NCBI GenBank assembly: GCA_020137815.1
Contig: CM035355.1
Location: 744,001-808,000 of the forward strand
Origin: Hormiphora californensis
Lineage: Eukaryota > Animalia > Ctenophora
Length of the DNA: 64,000 nucleotides
Direction of reading: 5' to 3'
This document shows positions 1-11,248 of the stretch, piece after piece. Each line of letters starts with the position of its first letter. The stretch's first letter is position 1. The notes beneath the pieces are model-generated. The model did not search any database. It was not told where the DNA came from and was given only the letters and a program-made list of their open reading frames with translations. The position numbers and the translations under genes were made by a program.

Positions 1-574
1 TATAGTCGAACCCCAATAAATTATATCGGATACCCTACCCGGGAGGAGGGATATGAGTGCAATTGTAGAGAAGTTGACAGTCTGAACTCACATATGGTGC
101 GTGAATTACAGCATCCCACACAATCTAAGTTTCATTCCAAATAATGGTGTCAGGTGGTGCCCCCCCCCCCCCCCCGGTGGTGGATCCGGAAATTGAAAAA
201 CAAAATAAACACGCGAGATGGTGCGGGGGATAAAGACAGATCATGTACAGTGATCACGTGATAGTATCAGCGACATTTCATTGGTCCTAGTGTTTACCTA
301 GTACCAAGTAAACATGTAGACCACACACAGCATCCAGCAAAACACATCAGCCTTGCAAAGTCATTGATAAACATCATCATCATCATCCGATTGTTGTACC
401 TGATGAGCGTTTCTCTTTTGATGTTTTCTCTCTCTTGGAACACACTCAACTCCTGTCTTTTGAAACACTCAACTCCTGTCTTTTGAAACACTCAATATCA
501 ATGCCTCTTTTTCTTAAAACACTCCATTACCCCGCGTTACCCTCTCACCCCCTCCCTCTCACATCTCTAGCAAC

Positions 575-679
575 ATGTGCTGTATCGACTGTGCCCGGGG
601 ATGCTTTGGTAAATTCATCAAGTGCGTCGCCTCCTGCTGCAAAAAGATATTCTGCTGCTGCTGCTGCGGTGATGACTAG
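575..679 (+). CDS. Cysteine-rich 34-aa ORF or terminal coding exon (MCCIDCARGCFGKFIKCVASCCKKIFCCCCCGDD)
   Basis: Follows a polypyrimidine tract and TAG acceptor at 568-570. ATG lies in CAACATG context. 12 of 34 residues are Cys. Below the length cutoff of the ORF track. Confidence 0.4.
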   Translation: MCCIDCARGCFGKFIKCVASCCKKIFCCCCCGDD

Positions 680-940
680 ATATCAGACACACTCTCTAGA
701 GAGTCACTATGACGAACAATTGGAGGACAATGCCATGACAACCCGAGCATTGTATTTGTTACCATGGTAACCAACGTTATTGTTGTTGTTAACGTTTAAA
801 ACAAAACCAATAGTTTCTTTCTCCACCGGGTATCCAGCACCCACCTGTGTGACGTCACATTTCTTGAATCTCAGCTGTTCACATATATATTGTGAATTTG
901 TTCACACCTCAGGAGGGATCACTACCAGATCATCACTGAG

Positions 941-1143
941 TGACACTTCACATTTTGTCACATTTTGTCACATTTTGTCCATGTTAAGCAGCTTCCTCCC
1001 AATGGATGGTAACAACATGGTAACCATGGTGACACTTCACATTTTGTCCCTGTTAAGCAGCTTCCTCCCAATGGATGGTAACAACATGGTAACCATGGTG
1101 ACACTTCACATTTTGTCCCTGTTAAGCAGCTTCCTCCCGATGG
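941..1143. repeat. 69-bp tandem repeat (~3 copies) duplicating the last codons and stop of the GPCR
   Basis: Unit ACACTTCACATTTTGTCCCTGTTAAGCAGCTTCCTCCCAATGGATGGTAACAACATGGTAACCATGGTG; the last copy overlaps the GPCR CDS end. Confidence 0.85.
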
Positions 1144-2647
1144 GTGAGGCGATCCTGCACTTGGAGAAGTCAGCATCGTTAGCACCTCCTGAGGTCACCC
1201 TGAGGTTCAGTGTGCGCCGCTTAGTGGAGGAGTCCATGAGGAGCCGCCTGACACAGTACGGGCAGATTACGTAGAGAAGGGGGTCAGTGACGATGTTGGA
1301 GTACATCAGCCCGGATAGGATGACTTCCACTACTATCGGGTAGGAGCCGTCCAGTACCCTTATCTGAGGGGGGAGTAATTAGAGCTGCTATATCGGGACA
1401 CTACAGAGATTTGATAGCTTTGTTATGTTTTACATTTGCAGGGAGAGTGAGAGGGTCGACCACGGCAAGCCCTGACCCCCCTGACCCTGAGTTGTTGTAG
1501 CGGACTATATAATGCCCCCCATCCCCCTTCTGGGGGCTATAATATTATATCCTTTACTTACTGCAATGAACCAGGGTATCCAGGAGAGGCTGAAGAAGAA
1601 ACATATTACAATGGCCCTAATTAGAATCACATTCACCATTCCACGTTTCTCCCTCCGTCCCGAGATGGTCCTGATCTTTATTAGGATCATGATGTAGACG
1701 GTAATTTGGAATGTTAACGGTAGTACCAGCACCAGGATGTCCCGGAATAGATCCAACCATTTACCCTCGTCACCTGGGGGTAGTAGGGGTGGTCATGAGA
1801 GGTATAGTCACAGTAGGTGTGTTCTATAACAGGGGAATTATTCAATCGGTTGATTGTTTGTAGAATTCGTGAGGACTTGTGTTTACTCCTTCTGCCTACA
1901 CTACCTAGATTGAAACTTGAAAGATATTTATAGTCTGACTTTATTGTAGGCCAAAGCAATTAATTTCGGTGACCTACAACTTCATCAGTGTGAATTGGAA
2001 TGTGTTTCTGGACACGTTACAAAACCTTATTTTCAGCCTCATGATGTTGTAGATCAACGGGATTAATTGCTTTTTGCCTATAATAAAGTCAGCCTATTCA
2101 TCTTGTCCAGCCTAACGGGTTGTCTAACGAAAACAAAAAAATTCGTCGCTATAGTAGAAGATCATACAAGTTTCACCCTGAATAGGGCGTGAACCATTCA
2201 AACATATAACTCTAACATTCTAACTAGCAAGTAGCACCACTATTACGTACCGTAGTTCATTATGCACACTCGATGGTCCTTCTCGTATGTAAACATGGTC
2301 TCATTATTCTCCTTCGAGGACTGCTGAGCGTAGATTAGAAGGGCAGCTGGATACCAAACCACAAATAACCAGCTCCCAATAATGGCAAGGAGAAGGTAGT
2401 TCTGGTACTGCCGTGTACTGTACCTAATGGAAGGAATTTATTGAAAGGACTCCAGTAATGGGAGGTAGTATTTAGGGGGCACTAAGAAATTTACTCCTGA
2501 CTAGACTATTGACTACCTAATGATTTAAAAAGAGAGCCCGGTCTGAGAAATAAAGTGCTGCCATAAAGAAGAATGGAATAACCACCGTTAAATGCACCGT
2601 TGCTAGACGGTTTTTTTAAATGGTTGGAAAAAAGAGAGAGAGAGAGA

Positions 2648-2697
<50 letters not shown>

Positions 2698-3654
2698 CCC
2701 TTACTTGAAAGGAACGAAGACTGCAGCGAATCTATCCAAGGTGAGTGGAACGACTGCAATTTTTGTTACCAAAGGTAGCACTTGGGATAGAACATAAACC
2801 GCTCTGCACTTTATATCGTCATTTTCCCCAAACACCAGACCTGAAACAATGTTATTCTGAGAGTGTTGGAGTTGGGAAACACAGTGTCAGATCACAGTGT
2901 CAGATCACATGTCACAGTGTCAGATCACATGTCACAGTGTCAGATCACATGTGTCAGATCACATGTCACAGTTTCAGATATTTAACATTGTAATTTCTAT
3001 CATGGCACAATGCACTTGGTTGTTCTCGACAAGTGATTATGAGTCAACCCGTAAACTAGTATTTATGTGTCTTTACATGAACCAGCTCTAAAACAGCTGG
3101 GTTGTCAACTTTGAACTCTTTAGTGCGATAAACACCTGTCATTTAAAAGACAGCGATGTATTTTTGCGTGATAAGAATATTGAGAATTCTCGAGACCGAC
3201 CCATATAATATTTATTAAAAAGCATATGTAACTGCATTATATATCTCTCATTTGACAGCATATGAATGTCACGTGGCTGAGTTATTTGATTATAGTATAG
3301 TATATGGACAAGCAGCTATCATACGAGTAAACTATTGAATGTAAGCCCTTCAACTATTCAAAGGATCGTTTCCTGACACCTGAAGAGTCCAGACTTATAT
3401 GTAAAACAAGTGATTTGTACCAAAATTGTGAAATGGAACTAATAAAATTGCCACATACCTGGACCCTTTAGTGCTGCTGCGAAGATGGACAGTATGGTGT
3501 CTGCAATGGCAAGACTCACAAAGGCCTTGTTATAGCTCTTCTCCAGGCCCTTGTGTCGGGTGAGTGATATGATCAGGATACAACTGACAAGGGTTGCTGG
3601 AATCCCAAATACCATCAGGATTACACCATACGATTTAATTATATCCATCGCCAT
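1106..3654 (-). CDS. Rhodopsin-like (class A) orphan GPCR, 5 coding exons, ~324 aa
   Basis: Exons complement 3654-3459, 2840-2705, 2423-2251, 1773-1562, 1363-1106, all GT-AG with consistent phase. Motifs: TM2 SLAIAD, TM3 C...PLTLDRF, TM4 W, ECL2 Cys, TM6 FSLSWIP, TM7 NIVTDPLLY. Confidence 0.9.
2881..2975. repeat. ~20-bp intronic minisatellite (ACAGTGTCAGATCACATGTC)n
   Basis: About 5 imperfect direct copies in GPCR intron 1. Confidence 0.75.
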
Positions 3655-5118
3655 AGATGTGAAATCAACTAGAAATAGGAAACTATATCAGATTTAAGAG
3701 ATTATAGGGGTAAAAATAACTATAGCGATAGTATGGGTATTATACAGAGAGATTACTAGAAAAGGTAGGTGAGATAGCTCAGGACTGGCTATGAGTGGTC
3801 TAGATTACAGCACTAAAATTGCAATACACGTGGGGGAGGGGTTATAGTGCCACTTAGCACTACCATGTAAACGGGAATATTCTAGAAAGAGGGGGGGTTC
3901 TCAAGACCATTAGAATTTAAGTAAAATAGTGGTTAAGGAAAAGGGCTATATATAATGCTATTGAACTTCTTTTCCACTTTTTGGGATGATACGTTTGTCC
4001 AAGGACAATGATAGGAGGTAAAGGAGAAGAGAGATGTGATGATCAGGTGGCACTCTGTAGAAGTGTCTCGGAGAAGGACTTGTTCCGCTATAACTATGAG
4101 GGATAGGAGGCAACACTTCAACACTTATTATATAATGTTTAGCAATTAGCAGCATTTATATATCACTGTTGTATAACGGGAAAAAAGCAACTTAAAGTCG
4201 GTAAATATCAAAATTGACAAGAGTTACGTGTGTCGCGATAGTAAAGCTTTTAGCACTTTAAACAGCTGTTTAAATATATCTGCACTATGCTAATCGGTGT
4301 AGTGTGGGCAATCAAAATGCTAACTAACGGGGTGACACTGTGAACAACTCAAGGTATGGGAACTACACAAAGAAGAGATTTCCACACCGTCTCTCACTTG
4401 TACAACAGGAAGGTGTAATAGTGGTGCAAGTCTCGTGTGGTTTTACACACGCTATATTCGCTTCAATGACCGAGCTATAGGCGGCTGAATCTGACATTCA
4501 TTCCCCCCATGGTTTCTTATAGAGGGGGAATGGGTCAGCTATATATGACATTTGTCATGGTTATATTGGTTATATTGGTTAGACTGATTAGTCCCCTTCT
4601 TCCCAACATCCTTTACCGCAATCGGGGAATATTCTTAATGATCCAAGTAGCTAAACGAAAGAATTAAGTAAAAATGGGCGGTCCTAAATTTCTCTGAATT
4701 TATCGCAATACGAGGTGTGGTTTAAATACTTAACCCCATATTGCATGCTACAGCGTTTATATATCTGGTTGACGCTGATCACAGTTATCGGTCTAAGACA
4801 TTATGCATGGGATAAATTTTAAGACACATATTCAGTAGGCAAATATTTCGCAATTTAAGGAACGTGTTGACGGTAAAAAAGGGAGATGGACAACCAGTGA
4901 TGATAATTGACTGGCAGCTGCCGAGAGGTTCAGAAAGAGAAAAGAGGAAGACATCTGATATATATCGTCAAGAAATTTCAGCAAAAGCAATCCAATCGAT
5001 CTACCATCCAAAACAGTGTTCAACACGAGAATGATGAAATATGAATTAAACTCTCAAGAACGCGTGATCTATAGTGGCAGAGTATATAGTTCCTTGTGCA
5101 AAGAAGGAGTAGTAAGGT

Positions 5119-5915
5119 CTATCTATCTATCTACGGAGTGCCTGGGCTTGCCAACGGCAAGCCCCCAAGGGACTATCGCAAAGCGATTTCGCCGGCACTA
5201 GGAGAATAGCCCCCCTCCCCTCCCCCACCATCAGGAACTGACCACAGGACAGGTTCCATTATAGGTGGCTTCGGGTTCGGGAGGCTAGACTCCAGAGAGA
5301 ACCAGTCTCTTGGTTCTTCTGTCCTGAGTCTTGGATCCAGTCTCTTGGTTCTTCTATCCTGAGTCTTGGATCTTTGACTCTTTCACACTGCGACAGGCGG
5401 GGATGTGTTCTTCTAGTCTTTATCTTGGTTTTTTAGTATATTTGTTTTCTCGATTAGTTTGATGGCTACCGCTGTGTGGTTAATTATCGTTTTGCCTAGG
5501 TCTTTGTATGAAATTTTGCCGCTTAGTCTCATTCTTTCTGCTACCAGGATTTCACATTCACAGATTAGGTGTTTCGCATTTTCATTTGTTTTAGTGCATA
5601 GACTGCATATGGCCGTGTTGGATTTCCCAATCTTCTTGAGGTAGCTGTTGAACGGGCCTATGTTGGTGATCAGATGTACTATGGTTCTATATTTTTTCCT
5701 TTGTTTGTCGTACAGTGCCATCTTTTTTGTTAGTGAGTTCCATGTTGATTCACTAGTTACTATATTCCTTGTGTGCTTCCCTCCATTTGCTAGAAATTGA
5801 TTCATGGTTTTTGTTTTGGCTATTTTCGTCGTGGAATTTTTAATGTAGCTGTGTGGGATTGGTATTTGTCTGGTTTCATTGATTGGTTTGCTGCATCCTT
5901 CTTTGGCAAGTTGGG
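5119..5915 (-). mobile_element. 5'-truncated I-group-like non-LTR retrotransposon 3' end
   Basis: ORF 5991-5413 has an RNase H C-terminal remnant (QLAKEG), LITNIGPFNSYLKKIG and a C-x2-C-x8-H-x4-C knuckle (CSLCTKTNENAKHLICEC). The 3' UTR ends with a 9-bp hairpin (5144-5164) and a (TAGA)n tail at ~5119-5133. Confidence 0.7.
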
Positions 5916-6165
5916 GTTTCATTATTATAGTATTATAGTATCTTGAATTGGTCTGGCATATGGTAGGTTTACATTGCATTATAAGTGGCACGACGGGTAT
6001 TGTACGTATTATATGTGTAATGTGAGACCTATCTGTCTGATTAGGACCAATTAAGTCCGATTAGGTTCCAAGGCTGAACTAGCAAGGATTTGTTCTCAGT
6101 CCACAGTTTTGTTTAGTATGTATATATTGGTGGTGGGCGGGGCGGTTCGGGGCGGGTGGAGGGTA

Positions 6166-8531
6166 GTAGGGATTAAAAAATATCGGAGGTTTATTTTAGA
6201 TCTAGATCTTGAAATTGTTATTCAACCAGATAGTATTTACTCAACAATTAGTATCTGTATGCCTGCAGGAGCAGCGTACCTGCAAAGCAGTATCGGGGGA
6301 GTAGTTTTGCTACTGAAGTAGGAAGTTCATGTTGGGATTTTAATTAGTACTGCAGATAGTGCGTGACCTACATCGCAGATATTTCTATCTCTCTGCAGAG
6401 AGAGCGAGAGAGAAAGAGAGATCAGAATTCGAGAGAATGGGACTGGAAAATGCTAGACCACGGCGTGCCTGGTGAAATTTTAACACGACCTAGCATGCGA
6501 CGGGAAACCACCACTTGTACGTGGTAGCTGAGGGTCTACAGAATGGCGCTACGGTGCGGGAAAAAACATTCCATTCCCTAAAATCTTTTTTTTTACTTTT
6601 ATTTGATTTGGGTCAAAATTGGCTATATTAAACGTGGTCCCGAAAAATCCATAATGACTTAGCACACGAAATATGTCACCCCCACCTATTTTTGCACGTA
6701 GAATCGATTGCCGTTGAAGTCGAATCTCTAAAATGACTGTAAAATGGTCAAAAGTTGATTTTTTACCATTTTTTGGAGGTTTTTGGCCCCTAAACCATTG
6801 AAAACGTTGAGATAGGAATTTGAAACTAGTGCCAATCGTTAAAATGGTCATTTTTCTACCAAGAACCAAGTTTTCGTGTATATTCGATTTATGGTTAGAT
6901 TTGGGCAAATTGTTGAAATCTGCCAACTAGGAGAACCGTAACTTGATTTTCTTGTTTTTTAGATTTTGGCATTTTCGACAAACTTCTGATTGAAATGGTC
7001 AATCGGGACCATGCTTAAGTTGTTTATGGGACAATTTTCGACTAAAATCCAAGATTTCATACCAATCCAATAACAGATCGTTGATTTATAGAAAATTTAA
7101 GTAGGCAAAACGGTCAAAATGACAACTTTTCTTGCTTATTTTCACCGTTTTGCCTACTTAAATTTTCTATAAACCAACGATCTGTTATTGAATTGGTATG
7201 AAATCTTGGATTTTAGTCGAAAATTGTCCCATAAACAACTTAAGCATGGTCCCGATTGACCATTTCAATCAGAAGTTTGTCGAAAATGCCAAAATCCAAA
7301 AAACAAGAAAATCAAGTTACGGTTCTCCTAGTTGGCAGATTTCAACAATTTGCCCAAATCTAACCATAAATCGGATATACACGAAAACTTGGTTCTTGGT
7401 AGAAAAATGACCATTTTAACGATTGGCACTAGTTTCAAATTCCTATCTCAACGTTTTCAATGGTTTAGGGGCCAAAAACCTCCAAAAAATGGTAAAAAAT
7501 CAACTTTTGACCATTTTACAGTCATTTTAGAGATTCGACTTCAACGGCAATCGATTCTACGTGCAAAAATAGGTGGGGGTGACATATTTCGTGTGCTAAG
7601 TCATTATGGATTTTTCGGGACCACGTTTAATATAGCCAATTTTGACCCAAATCAAATAAAAGTAAAAAAAACGATTTTAGGGAATGGAATGTTTTTTCCC
7701 GCACCGTAGCGCCATTCTGTAGACCCTCAGCTACCACGTACAAGTGGTGGTTTCCCGTCGCATGCTAGGTCGTGTTAAAATTTCACCAGGCACGCCGTGA
7801 GACGGGGATGGTTGAAACTCAGTGGAGTGAGAGTAGGGATTAAAAAATATCGGAGGTTTATTTTAGATCTAGATCTTGAAATTGTTATTCAACCAGATAG
7901 TATTTACTCAACAATTAGTATCTGTATGCCTGCAGGAGCAGCGTACCTGCAAAGCAGTATCGGGGGAGTAGTTTTGCTACTGAAGTAGGAAGTTCATGTT
8001 GGGATTTTAATTAGTACAGATAGTGCGTGACCTACATCGCAGATATTTCTGTCTCTCTGCAGAGAGAGCGAGAGAGAAAGAGAGATCAGAATTCGAGAGA
8101 ATGGGACTGGAAAATGCTAGACGGGGATGGTTGAAACTCAGTGGAGTGAGAGTAGGGATTAAAAAATATCGGAGGTTTATTTTAGATCTAGATCTTGAAA
8201 TTGTTATTCAACCAGATAGTATTTACTCAACAATTAGTATCTGTATGCCTGCAGGAGCAGCGAACCTGCAAAGCAGTATCGGGGGAGTAGTTTTGCTACT
8301 GAAGTAGGAAGTTCATGTTGGGATTTTAATTAGTACAGATAGTGCGTGACCTACATCGCAGATATTTCTATCTCTCTGCAGAGAGAGCGAGAGAGAAAGA
8401 GAGATCAGAATTCGAGAGAATGGGACTGGAAAATGCTAGACGGGGATGGTTGAAACTCAGTGGAGTGAGAGTAGGGATTAAAAAATATCGGAGGTTTATT
8501 TTAGATCTAGATCTTGAAATTGTTATTCAAC
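6166..8531. repeat. 319-bp tandem repeat array (3 full units plus 1 partial); unit 1 interrupted by a foldback transposon, unit 4 by a LINE
   Basis: Units start GTAGGGATTAAAAAATATCGG at 6166, 7833, 8152 and 8471 and are near-identical. Confidence 0.9.
6459..7799. mobile_element. 1341-bp palindromic (foldback) non-autonomous DNA transposon, Chapaev/CMC-like, copy 1
   Basis: ~660-bp inverted arms with a short spacer; termini CACGGCGTG...CACGCCGTG. 4-bp TSD AGAC (6455-6458 / 7800-7803), confirmed by the empty site GCTAGACGGGG in later 319-bp units. CAC..GTG ends with a 4-bp TSD are Chapaev hallmarks. Confidence 0.9.
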
Positions 8532-9172
8532 TTTTCAACACTACTTTAAACAAATTAATTTGAGCGCGCGGCGGCGTCGTGTGTCTCAATTCCCTTGTAG
8601 GCTCTAGCCTATGGTAGTGATGGCAAATATGGCCAAAAATGAAATGTATAGCATGACCGGGACCTGTCAGGAGATCCTAGGGGAAATGCTTAAGAGTGGT
8701 GATAAGATTGTTAAGAAATGTTTAACATTCTACGACTCTTCAATGACCATTAAAGCTAACGGGGTATCTCTCTCTAAGAAACTAAAGAGACCCGAACTCG
8801 ACAGTTTTGCTGAATTCTTGGATATCCCATCTCTCTACGGTACCAAGGGGATCAAAGATCCGGAGCTTGGAACCGCTGAATTGATAGCATACAGGATAGC
8901 ACAAGAGATTGCAGTACTAACTGTCCCTGCAAAATGTGCTGAGTGTAACACTATGTATGTGCATAAGAGAGCTGAATTTGCCCCCCTGAGATGTTTTCTG
9001 TGCCACCAGCCCTCGCACAACTGCGAGCCTGTTAGAGCTGCTGTCGAAGAGAAGAACCAGGGTACTCTCCTGCTGGCTGGCGATGTGTGGTTATGTGAGC
9101 CATGCTGTGTACCGAAGAAAGGAGGCCAGCCAGGAACACCGTTAGGCAAGAAAATTTCTTCCAGGATTGCGA

Positions 9173-10421
9173 TGTTATATATATTGTTATATATTGCACA
9201 TGTGAGAGCATGGAGTGGTAGTGGTAGTTCCCGACAGTGGTGCAATATCGGATGATTTAGAAGCGTGCAAGAATCGGATGATTGAGAGAGAGAAAGAGAG
9301 ATTATATCGAGAGTATCTTGTTCCTATTTCACTTCTGTCATTTCCCCAACCATTACGTTAGTGGTGCACTGTTAGCTCTCGCCACACTGAGCCAACTTGT
9401 TTTGAACTTTGTCCCTACCCCGAAAATGGATTTACAAGGTTGCACACCACTCCTGTAACATATGGTGGCTTCGGAAACTAGAGGTCCCCTACACCATCAC
9501 ACCATCGATAGGTGTCTGAGGAGCTGCAACATCAGTCCTCAGCGTCATCAACATGAGGAGAGGAAGCACCCCCTTTGTTTTTGACCCCGCCACGAAACCA
9601 GAACCAAACCTTGTTTTGTTCTTCACCTGCGCTCGTGACGACTTCCTTCCCGAGGAGAGGAAATGCTAGCACCTCCGGGTTCACGCCAGTTAGGAGAGAC
9701 GCTGTTAGTTTTTGTGAGCCGATTTAAGTGCTACCCTATGTACTACCGATGGAACGTTCTACCGATGGAGTACGTTCCGGTATGTAGCCCAGATTGCTAT
9801 ATAGATAGGTCTGTCCTGGTCACGTGCTTGCGGCCAAAGGAGGTGACGTGGAAGAGTTAGGCAAGTTTGAATTTTATTTGCGTATTGAGGCGCCCGAGGA
9901 ATGGACTGGCAATCTTGAACTTGGTTACAACCCACTTGATCCACGGCCGAACTACAACGTTTCTCGATACCGATGATTATGTGTGAGATGGAATCTTCCT
10001 CTTGGTTGGTTTTCAGAACTGAAACATGTGTGTTGGACTTTTATAGGGACATTGGACTTTTTTTGTGTGTGTTTTGCAGACTATATCACTGACCAAGGGT
10101 ACGTGATATAGTCTCTTTTTAAATGTGGGTGTATGTTATATATATTGTTATATATTGCACATGTGAGAGCATGGAGTGGTAGTGGTAGTTCCCGACAGTG
10201 GTGCAATATCGGATGATTTAGAAGCGTGCAAGAATCGGATGATTGAGAGAGAGAAAGAGAGATTATATCGAGAGTATCTTGTTCCTATTTCACTTCTGTC
10301 ATTTCCCCAACCATTACGTTAGTGGTGCACTGTTAGCTCTCGCCACACTGAGCCAACTTGTTTTGAACTTTGTCCCTACCCCGAAAATGGATTTACAAGG
10401 TTGCACACCACTCCTGTAACA
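9173..10421 (+). mobile_element. Non-autonomous LTR retroelement (TRIM-like), 1249 bp
   Basis: Two apparently identical 288-bp LTRs (9173-9460, 10134-10421) with TGTTA...TAACA ends and a 4-bp TSD GCGA. PBS-like TGGTGGCTTCGG just after the 5' LTR. The 673-bp interior has no recognisable gag/pol. Confidence 0.92.
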
Positions 10422-11101
10422 GCGACACCGAACCGATCTAGAACCGGTAGCTTCAGCGAAGTGTCTATAGCTGACGACCGTACAACCAAGATCCAGCAAG
10501 TGATAGATGTTTTGTCGCCTAAACCTGAACTGAAGGAAGAAGAAAAGAAAGAAGAAGAAGGAGGCGAGCAAAAAGACGATGAGGAAGAGGAAGAAGAGGA
10601 AGACGAAGAGAAAGTCCTACTACCAAACACTAGCCCGACCACATGTCCTCTGTTGAAGGAGGGGAGTTGCCCTCACGGAGGATCGGGGAGGCGGAAAGTG
10701 AATGGAAAGACAACGTGCGAGTACTGGCATCCGAAAAACTGCAAACCTTGGATAACGAGAGGTGAAGAAGGTTGCAGCAAGGGACTGGAGTGTAAAAAGC
10801 TCCATAGGACCCTGTGCGATGAAGCGTTGAGAAAGAAGGAATGCCTTGACAAAAATTGTCGTCGTGCCCACCTCAAAGGCACATTGAGAAAGAAAGGATC
10901 CGATCGCGAGGACAAGAAGAAAGTAGGCACCGTAGTGAAGAATGGAAAGAGAGATCAGAGGCAAAAGAGCGAACCCGTGGCCGTCCAAGATTCTCGTAAA
11001 AAGATGAACGAGAAGAGACCTTTTTTGAAAGGTGGGGATGCAGGGAAAGGGAAGGGTAAGCCTCTGAAGAAGAAAGCCAATGATACCTCTAAGGAAATGG
11101 G

Positions 11102-11144
11102 TTTTTTAGCGATACAATCCCTTTTGAGAGAACTGCAGAAGGGA
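11102..11144 (+). promoter_or_regulatory. Putative -1 ribosomal frameshift signal (T TTT TTA plus stem-loop) linking LINE ORF1 to ORF2
   Basis: Heptamer 11102-11108 is in ORF1 phase. The -1 frame is open from just after a TAA at 11090-11092 into the APE domain, with no ATG before the domain start. 9-bp stem-loop at 11118-11144. Confidence 0.55.
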
Positions 11145-11248
11145 ATGGAAAGTATGAAGAAGGACCAGGTCGAAATGCAAAAGACGATCAGGTCCCTATC
11201 AGATGGACGCAGCTGGGGTCGGAACCGAGCGGTTTCAGGACACCACGG

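Noticed and set aside
435-1274. 111-aa and 164-aa plus-strand ORFs
   Set aside because: They start at TTG; one overlaps the Cys-rich frame and the other is antisense to the GPCR last exon and the 69-bp repeat.
3370-3410. Hammerhead ribozyme (CCTGAAGAGTCC; also CCGATGAAGAG at ~52680)
   Set aside because: No matching stem II closure plus GAAA core could be found.
6549-7709. 125-aa ORFs (MADFNNLPKS...) appearing four times
   Set aside because: Mirror translations of the palindromic arms, starting at TTG, with no domain motifs; repetition reflects the repeat, not coding.
6459-7799. RAG/Transib-type element (CAC termini)
   Set aside because: Those elements make 5-bp TSDs; both copies here have 4-bp TSDs and no CACAGTG heptamer.
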